From: Pyrinomonadaceae bacterium
GTDB lineage: Bacteria; Acidobacteriota; Blastocatellia; Pyrinomonadales; Pyrinomonadaceae
DNA length: 38,756 bases
Direction of reading: 5' to 3'
Assembly (NCBI GenBank): GCA_036833775.1
Contig: DAITPE010000001.1
Coordinates: forward strand, 1-38,756
The position numbers and the translations under genes are program-made. Shown one piece after another: positions 33,039-38,756 of the stretch (position 1 is its first letter; each line of letters starts with the position of its first letter). A model generated the notes under the pieces. That model was not told the origin of the DNA. It ran no database searches and saw only the letters and a list, made by a program, of their open reading frames with translations.

Positions 33039-35174
33039 ATGACACAAAAATCCGAATCGAAAAATTCAAATCTTGCATTGATTCTAAAGGTTTTGTGGGC
33101 AGCGGTTTTGCTCTTCGGCTTTTTATATTTTCGCGGCGAAGATTTGGGCAAATTAGGCAGTTTGCTCGGAAATTTGACCGACGGAAAACTGTTCGGCGCA
33201 AACGGTTTCGGCGAAAGCATTGCAGGAATTTTCAGCGCGAGTTTGATCGCCGCTTCGTGGTTCGGTTTCGGTTCTTTGATAACGAATTTGTTGAAAAAGT
33301 TTTTTGCCAAAGATGAAAACGCGGAAAATGATTCGCCGTTTTTGGAAACGGCAAGAAGTTTTGCGGTCGGCGCGGGAATTTGGTCGCTGATCTGGTTTTT
33401 TCTCGGAATTTTCGGCGCGTATAACAAAATTTCGGCGATTGTTGCAGTAATTTTCGGCGTTTGTTTGGCTGTTTGGAAGTTTTTGGAAAACCGAAAATCG
33501 GTTGAAAAATCGAACGAAAATTTCGATATTGCCGGAAAAATCGCGTTTGGATTGGTTTTATTTTTGCTGGTTTTGGCATTGATTTCGGCGATTGCGCCGC
33601 CGATTGCGAAAGATACTTTGCTTTATCATTTTGCCGTTCCGAAAAACTTTATCGCCGCCGGAAATAATTCGGTAATTGAAGGAAACATTGCGAGTTATCT
33701 CGCTTTGGGAACGGAAATGCACGTCGTTTGGGCGATGCTTTTGGGAAATTCCGTCAACGCACGTGTTGGAGAAATTTCCGCCGGAGTTACGGTTTTCGCG
33801 TTTTTGCCGATTCTACTCGTCGCAATTTACGGTTGGTCGCGCGAACTCGGATTGAATAAAACTTGGGCGATGATTTCCGCGCTTCTTTTTGCGAGCATTC
33901 CGACGGTTTATCACGTTGCTTCGGGCGGTTATATCGATCTTGCGCTGACGCTTTTCGTGACGCTTGCGGTTCATTCGATTGCGCGTTGGTGGCACGATCT
34001 GAGCAATGAAAGATTGGTTTTTGCGGCAATTTTGCTCGGTGCGGCTTTGTCGGTAAAACTGACGGCGGCGTTTACGATAATTGCGCTTGCTTTCATCGTT
34101 TTATTGCGAATCCGCGAAGAACAAACGGCTGAAAAACCGCAAATTACGCAGATTTTTACGAAAGGATTTTTGACATTTCTGGCGGCGGGACTTTTGGCAA
34201 GTCCTTGGTATTTGCGTGATTGGGCTGCAACCGGAAGCCCGATCTTTCCTTTTTATATGAATTTATGGAAAGGAACCGCGACGGGTTGGGATTCGGAAAG
34301 ATCGGTTCTTTTTCAAGTGATAAATACGCATTACGGCGGATTTCCGAAAGGAATCACTGATTATTTGATCTCGCCTGTGATGATTTCGCTCAGAGCACAA
34401 CCAGAACTTCCCGAATTTTTCGACGGCGTTTTGGGAATCGCGTTTTTATTCGGAATTCCTTTAATTATTTGGGCTTGGCGGCGTTCGCTTTTGAAAACGG
34501 AACTGAAACTGGGAATTTTGGTCGCAGGTTTGCTGTTTTTATTCTGGCTTTTTACGAGTCAACAGCTTCGTTATCTGCTGCCGATTTTTCCAATTTTGGC
34601 AATTTCGATCTGTTTTTCGGCGAGCTTGCTTTCGCTTGAAAATAAACTTTCAAAGCAAGTTTGGACGGCTATCTTTTTGATAATTTCATTTGTCGGCACG
34701 GGCGTGACGCTGGCTTGGTTTGCGCAAAAAAGTCCTTTGCAGGTTGCACTCGGCGGTGAGACGCGCGACGAATATTTGACGGCGAACATTGATTATTATC
34801 CGTATTATCAACTAATTAACACCCAATTGCCGCCGGATGCGAAAGTTTGGCTGATAAATATGCGGCGCGATTCTTATCTGATTGAAAAACCGTATTTTTC
34901 GGATTATATGTTTGAAGATTGGACGCTGAAACAGTTTTCGGAAGAATCGAATTCGGTTAATGAACTTCGCGCAAAGGCGAAAAAATTAGGCATTACGCAT
35001 ATTTTGGCACGGCACGATTTTCTACTCGATTTCGATAAATCGGTCGTCGTCGATCCGCAAAAACGAACCGAAACGGAAAATCGCAAAAAACTGCAAATGG
35101 TGAAAGATTTTATATTAGACGGCAATAATACGCTCAAAGCGGACAAGCGTTTCAGTCTTGCAAAACTGCCGTAA
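33039..35174 (+). CDS. Large polytopic membrane protein, GT-C-fold (ArnT/PMT_2-like) glycosyltransferase candidate with C-terminal soluble domain
   Basis: 711 aa with more than 12 hydrophobic helices. An Asp-containing first-loop motif (IAPPIAKDTLLYHF) sits where GT-C enzymes carry catalytic acidic residues. The C-terminal ~150 aa are hydrophilic. Confidence 0.6.
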   Translation: MTQKSESKNSNLALILKVLWAAVLLFGFLYFRGEDLGKLGSLLGNLTDGKLFGANGFGESIAGIFSASLIAASWFGFGSLITNLLKKFFAKDENAENDSPFLETARSFAVGAGIWSLIWFFLGIFGAYNKISAIVAVIFGVCLAVWKFLENRKSVEKSNENFDIAGKIAFGLVLFLLVLALISAIAPPIAKDTLLYHFAVPKNFIAAGNNSVIEGNIASYLALGTEMHVVWAMLLGNSVNARVGEISAGVTVFAFLPILLVAIYGWSRELGLNKTWAMISALLFASIPTVYHVASGGYIDLALTLFVTLAVHSIARWWHDLSNERLVFAAILLGAALSVKLTAAFTIIALAFIVLLRIREEQTAEKPQITQIFTKGFLTFLAAGLLASPWYLRDWAATGSPIFPFYMNLWKGTATGWDSERSVLFQVINTHYGGFPKGITDYLISPVMISLRAQPELPEFFDGVLGIAFLFGIPLIIWAWRRSLLKTELKLGILVAGLLFLFWLFTSQQLRYLLPIFPILAISICFSASLLSLENKLSKQVWTAIFLIISFVGTGVTLAWFAQKSPLQVALGGETRDEYLTANIDYYPYYQLINTQLPPDAKVWLINMRRDSYLIEKPYFSDYMFEDWTLKQFSEESNSVNELRAKAKKLGITHILARHDFLLDFDKSVVVDPQKRTETENRKKLQMVKDFILDGNNTLKADKRFSLAKLP

Positions 35175-35201
35175 AAGATTTTAATAAAAAGGTTTATAAA
35201 A

Positions 35202-36338
35202 ATGACACAAGTTGTGAAAGAAACGATTTATACAAATTATTTCAAAGAATTTATTGCCAACGAAAACAATGGCGAACTGAAAAATCTGCGCGAAAAAGCG
35301 TTTGAGTTTTTCACGGAAAACGGTTTTCCGACGCCGCAAAATGAAGAGTGGAAATATACGAACGTAAAGCCGATTTCGGATTTGGGATTTCGGATTTGGG
35401 ATTTGAAATCGAGCGATGGCGTGAACGAATTTTTGAAGCAATTTAATTTTGAACGCAACGGATTTACGGCGTTGAATCTGGCGTTTGCGAATGTCGTTTT
35501 GGTGACGATTCCGAAGGAAACTTCGGTCGAAAAACCGATCGAATTTAATTTCAATGCAGAAGAAAATTCGGCGAATTTTCCGCACATTATCGTCGTTGCC
35601 GAAGCCGGAAGTAAAGCGACGATCATCGAAAATTACGAATCGAGCGCGGAAAGTTTTACGAATACGGCAATTCAGATTTTCGTCGCGGAAAACGCGAATC
35701 TGACGCATTATCGCGTCCAAAAAGAATCGGCAGAAGCGTTTCACATCGGGACGACTGAAATCACTCTAAAACGCGGAAGTCTTTATAATTCAACGAATAT
35801 AAACTTGGGAGCAAAATTGTCGCGGCACGATATTCATCTGAAATTTACCGAAGAAGGCGGCGAAGCGTTTGTTGACGGACTTTATATGCTTTCGGGCGAA
35901 CAGCATCACGACACGCATTCGGAAATCGATCACGCACTTCCGAACTGCGTTTCGCATCAAACCTACAAAGGCGTTTTGAACGACAAATCGCGCGGAGTTT
36001 TCAACGGCAAAGTTTTCGTCCGCGAAAACGCTTCGGGAACCGACGCACAGCAATCGAACAAAAATCTTCTGCTTTCAAACGACGCGCGGGTTGACACAAA
36101 ACCGCAGTTAGAGATTTTCAACGACGACGTAAAATGTTCGCACGGCGCAACCGTCGGGCAGTTGGAAGACGAAGAATTGTTTTATTTATTGAGTCGCGGT
36201 TTGAACGAAAGTTTGGCAAAAAATCTTTTGACTTACGGTTTCGCGGAAGAAATCGTGAATAAGATCGAAATCGAATCGATCAAAAAAGAATTGGACGAAG
36301 CGGTTTTGAATCGTTTGAATACGAGTTTAGAAGCGTAG
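35202..36338 (+). CDS. sufD: Fe-S cluster assembly protein SufD
   Basis: 378 aa with the SufD C-terminal beta-helix blocks (H......Q.YKGVL.D.SRGVF.GKV.V......TDA.Q.N.NLLLS..A.VDTKP.LEI..DDVKCSHGATVG). Confidence 0.9.
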   Translation: MTQVVKETIYTNYFKEFIANENNGELKNLREKAFEFFTENGFPTPQNEEWKYTNVKPISDLGFRIWDLKSSDGVNEFLKQFNFERNGFTALNLAFANVVLVTIPKETSVEKPIEFNFNAEENSANFPHIIVVAEAGSKATIIENYESSAESFTNTAIQIFVAENANLTHYRVQKESAEAFHIGTTEITLKRGSLYNSTNINLGAKLSRHDIHLKFTEEGGEAFVDGLYMLSGEQHHDTHSEIDHALPNCVSHQTYKGVLNDKSRGVFNGKVFVRENASGTDAQQSNKNLLLSNDARVDTKPQLEIFNDDVKCSHGATVGQLEDEELFYLLSRGLNESLAKNLLTYGFAEEIVNKIEIESIKKELDEAVLNRLNTSLEA

Positions 36339-36353
36339 TTTGAGGTAAAAATT

Positions 36354-36596
36354 ATGAGCGAAATTTTGACGATGGAAGAGATCGAAAAAAAATATGACGG
36401 CGAATGGGTTTTGATCGAAGATGTCGAAGCCAATGAGCAGTTGGAGATTCTGCGCGGAAAAGTAACTTATCACGGTAAAGATAAAAACGAGCTGCATCAG
36501 ATAGCGATGAAATCTGAATCAAAACATCTCGCTTCGCTGTTCATCGGCAAACCCGATCCGAATATGGGATTTATGTTGGGCTTTGAAAACGTATAA
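36354..36596 (+). CDS. DUF5678-like small protein
   Basis: 80 aa. The YDGEWVLIEDVE......G.V.YHG.DK.EL pattern recalls DUF5678. GAGGT lies upstream of the ATG. Confidence 0.55.
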   Translation: MSEILTMEEIEKKYDGEWVLIEDVEANEQLEILRGKVTYHGKDKNELHQIAMKSESKHLASLFIGKPDPNMGFMLGFENV

Positions 36597-36602
36597 ATTT
36601 TT

Positions 36603-36986
36603 ATGAAATTTAAGTTTAAAGCCGATTACGGATTGGTTTACGTGCGCGTCAAAGTCGGTTTTGCAGATAAAGAATTCATATTGAATTTGGCACTCGACAC
36701 AGGCGCAAGCGGCACGATAATTTCGGCGAAAAAATTGCGCGAAGTCGGTTACGATTTGGACAATCCCGAAGATGAAATTTATATCACGACCGGAAGCGGT
36801 TTGATATTTGTTCCGAAGATTACGATTGAAAAATTGACGGCGTTAGGCAAAGAAGTTTCGGATTTTGTCGTCATCGCTCACGATTTCCCGCCGACATCGA
36901 GCGTTGACGGCGTTTTAGGTTTGGACTTTTTGCGTGAAAGCATTTTGACGGTTGATTTTGTGGAAGGTGAAATTGAATTAATTTGA
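36603..36986 (+). CDS. Retropepsin-like (clan AA) aspartic protease
   Basis: 127 aa with the catalytic LALDTGASGTIIS and the flap/dimer block DGVLGLDFL. Confidence 0.85.
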   Translation: MKFKFKADYGLVYVRVKVGFADKEFILNLALDTGASGTIISAKKLREVGYDLDNPEDEIYITTGSGLIFVPKITIEKLTALGKEVSDFVVIAHDFPPTSSVDGVLGLDFLRESILTVDFVEGEIELI

Positions 36987-36989
36987 AAA

Positions 36990-37271
36990 ATGTTGAAAGC
37001 GATTTTTGTGACAGCAGAAGTTATAAAAGGGCAAGACAAAAAGACTCTTGTTGTAAATGGTGAGTTACAAGAAGGAGAAATTCAAGTAGGAATGTTTCTA
37101 AAAATTGCTTTTAACGCTTCTTTCGGAATGACAGTTCCGATTTCAAAAATTGTAAATAAATCTGGAAATCAAATGACTTTGATTTTAGATTGCAAAGATG
37201 AAGAAGGTGCAAATTTCGTTGAATCAATGAATTTTGAACATGAATGGGTTGAAATTCAAGACGAAGAATAA
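36990..37271 (+). CDS. Hypothetical 93-aa protein (EF-Tu domain-2-like small beta-barrel flavour), visibly lower GC than its neighbours
   Basis: The ORF is tightly packed, 3 nt after the protease stop and 4 nt before the sufS ATG. The GELQEGEIQVGMFLKI pattern resembles translation-protein beta-barrels. AT-rich codons dominate. Confidence 0.5.
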   Translation: MLKAIFVTAEVIKGQDKKTLVVNGELQEGEIQVGMFLKIAFNASFGMTVPISKIVNKSGNQMTLILDCKDEEGANFVESMNFEHEWVEIQDEE

Positions 37272-37275
37272 AAAT

Positions 37276-38517
37276 ATGACAGCAGTAAAAGAAATGAGCA
37301 ATTTTGATGTAAATAAAGTTCGTGCGGATTTTCCGGTTTTGTCGCAGACGGTGAACGGCAAGCCGCTCGTTTATCTCGACAACGGCGCGTCTTCGCAAGT
37401 GCCGAATCTGGTGATCGAGCGCGGTTCAAAATATTTGGCGGAAGAGCATTCGAATATTCATCGCGGTGTGCATTATTTGTCGCAACACGCGACGACGGCT
37501 TATGAAGCGGCGCGTGAAAAGGTGAAACGCTTTATCAATGCGCCGTCGGCGAAGGAATGCATTTTCGTGCGCGGCTGCACCGAAGGCGTGAATTTGGTTG
37601 CTTATTCCTACGGTCGAAAATTTATCGGCGAAGGCGACGAAATTATTCTTTCGCAGATGGAACATCACGCCAATATTATTCCTTGGCAGGTCATCGCGGA
37701 AGAAAAAGGCGCGAAAATTCGTGTGATTCCGATGAATGAACGCGGCGAACTCATCATTGAAGAATACGAAAATATGCTCAATGAGCGGACGAAAATCGTT
37801 GCGATCACGCACGTTTCAAATTCACTCGGAACGATCAATCCGGTCAAAGAAATGATCGCCACGGCTCATAAATTCGGCGTTCCCGTGCTGATTGACGGAG
37901 CGCAGGCGATTCCGCATTTTCCGGTTGACGTGCAGGATTTGGACGCGGATTTTTATACTTTTTCGGGTCATAAAATGTTTGCGCCGACGGGTTCGGGCGT
38001 GCTTTTCGGAAAGAAAGAATGGCTCGACAAAATGCCGCCGTATCAAACCGGCGGCGGGATGATTCGCACCGTCACGTTTGAAAAAACGACTTACGCGCCG
38101 ATTCCCGAAAAATTCGAAGCCGGAACGCCCGCGATCGCGGCAAACATCGGTTTAGGCGCGGCGGTTGATTATTTGAATTCGATCGATTTCGAAGCCGCCG
38201 CAAAATACGAACACGAATTGCTTGAATACGCGACCGAAAAACTTTCCGCGATCGAAGGCGTAAAAATCATCGGAACGGCAAAAGAAAAAGCGTCGGTGAT
38301 TTCGTTCACGATCGAAAATGTTCACCCGCACGACATCGGCACGATCTTAGATCAACAAGGAATCGCCGTTCGCGCCGGACATCATTGCGCTCAGCCCGTA
38401 ATGCAGTTTTTCGACGTTCCCGCGACGGCTCGCGCTTCGTTCGCTTTTTACAACACGAAGGAAGAAGTGGATAAATTAGCCGAAGCGATTCAAAAAGTTA
38501 TTGATGTTTTTGCTTAA
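37276..38517 (+). CDS. sufS: Cysteine desulfurase SufS (group II, PLP-dependent)
   Basis: Start at MTAVKEMSNFD. PLP-Lys block FSGHKMFAPTGSGVL and active-site Cys loop RAGHHCAQP. Confidence 0.95.
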   Translation: MTAVKEMSNFDVNKVRADFPVLSQTVNGKPLVYLDNGASSQVPNLVIERGSKYLAEEHSNIHRGVHYLSQHATTAYEAAREKVKRFINAPSAKECIFVRGCTEGVNLVAYSYGRKFIGEGDEIILSQMEHHANIIPWQVIAEEKGAKIRVIPMNERGELIIEEYENMLNERTKIVAITHVSNSLGTINPVKEMIATAHKFGVPVLIDGAQAIPHFPVDVQDLDADFYTFSGHKMFAPTGSGVLFGKKEWLDKMPPYQTGGGMIRTVTFEKTTYAPIPEKFEAGTPAIAANIGLGAAVDYLNSIDFEAAAKYEHELLEYATEKLSAIEGVKIIGTAKEKASVISFTIENVHPHDIGTILDQQGIAVRAGHHCAQPVMQFFDVPATARASFAFYNTKEEVDKLAEAIQKVIDVFA

Positions 38518-38556
38518 AAAGAGTTAATATTTTGATAACTCAGGAGTTCAAAATAT

Positions 38557-38756
38557 ATGACAAAATTTCTAAGCATAATGCTTGTACTTTTTTCGGCAAC
38601 GGTAGTAAATGCCAGCCAAAATTATTTGGTTAGCAATCAAAACTTGTTCACAAAAGCAACGATGAACTGTCTTAACGGCGATGTGCTCAACTGTATGGGC
38701 GGAGCAGACGGTCATCATATTTATGAAGAAGAAACGGAATGCCCGGTCGGCGGTGA
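38557..38756 (+). CDS. Secreted Cys-containing protein, N-terminal fragment (runs off the window)
   Basis: ATG at 38557 with AGGAG 10 nt upstream. Signal peptide MTKFLSIMLVLFSATVVNA. The frame is open to the window edge. Not in the ORF track. Confidence 0.5.
   Translation, partial: MTKFLSIMLVLFSATVVNASQNYLVSNQNLFTKATMNCLNGDVLNCMGGADGHHIYEEETECPVGG

Noticed and set aside
3912-35744. Many long track ORFs lie antisense to or out of frame with confidently identified genes. Examples: 3912-4511, 4780-5154, 7920-8477, 8597-9124, 9399-9842, 11288-11860, 12764-13477, 19298-19786, 24229-24537, 32978-33427, 33232-33579, 35181-35744 and 37426-37812.
   Set aside because: Each is nested in a gene with clear family motifs on the other strand or frame. 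Their products are R/F/K-rich with no recognisable motifs. In this codon-biased genome, shadow frames tend to stay open.
1-38756. tRNA, rRNA or tmRNA genes, transposases, integrases, phage genes, reverse transcriptases, and known defence-system hallmarks
   Set aside because: I scanned intergenic regions and all ORF translations and recognised none. The insertions in the suf cluster therefore have no visible mobility genes. Absence by eye is not proof, so tRNAscan, Infernal and defence-HMM scans should confirm.

Overview
This is a 38.8-kb, gene-dense chromosomal segment, mid-40s %GC by eye, from a bacterium I cannot place without a database search. The gene content and REP-like palindromes look soil Acidobacteriota/FCB-like (low confidence). 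I call about 45 protein-coding genes. I found no rRNA, tRNA, CRISPR array, transposase, integrase or phage gene. From left to right the window contains:
- an edge-truncated GAF-domain gene that is missing from the ORF track, followed by nfu and prmC;
- a small polysaccharide locus (WbaP-like priming transferase, GT4, WecG/TagA GT26);
- an orphan sensor histidine kinase;
- housekeeping and lipid genes (glpD, an OlsB-like N-acyltransferase, plsC-like, phosphatidylcholine synthase);
- two divergently transcribed ECF sigma factor units. One leads an operon encoding a DedA/VTT-ATP-grasp fusion, DinB, DoxX and NRDE. The other is paired with a soluble RsrA-type zinc anti-sigma factor;
- a decayed GH63-like glucosidase gene and an Rrf2 regulator;
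- a suf Fe-S assembly cluster (sufB, sufC, sufD, sufS) split by three co-directional gene insertions.

The features least explained by ordinary annotation are:
1. an exact array of 13 x 21-bp tandem repeats filling the gap between two glycosyltransferase genes. It may be a translationally coupled heptad-repeat ORF or a structured or iteron-like non-coding array;
2. three families of long palindromic intergenic elements, one of which docks directly onto stop codons;
3. a 27-nt motif shared by the Rrf2 and sufB promoter regions;
4. the fragmented suf cluster and its small cassettes (RlaP nucleotidyltransferase plus zinc ribbon; DUF5678 plus retropepsin plus low-GC beta-barrel protein).

All family assignments come from motif recognition by eye and from memory of family signatures. 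No search was run.
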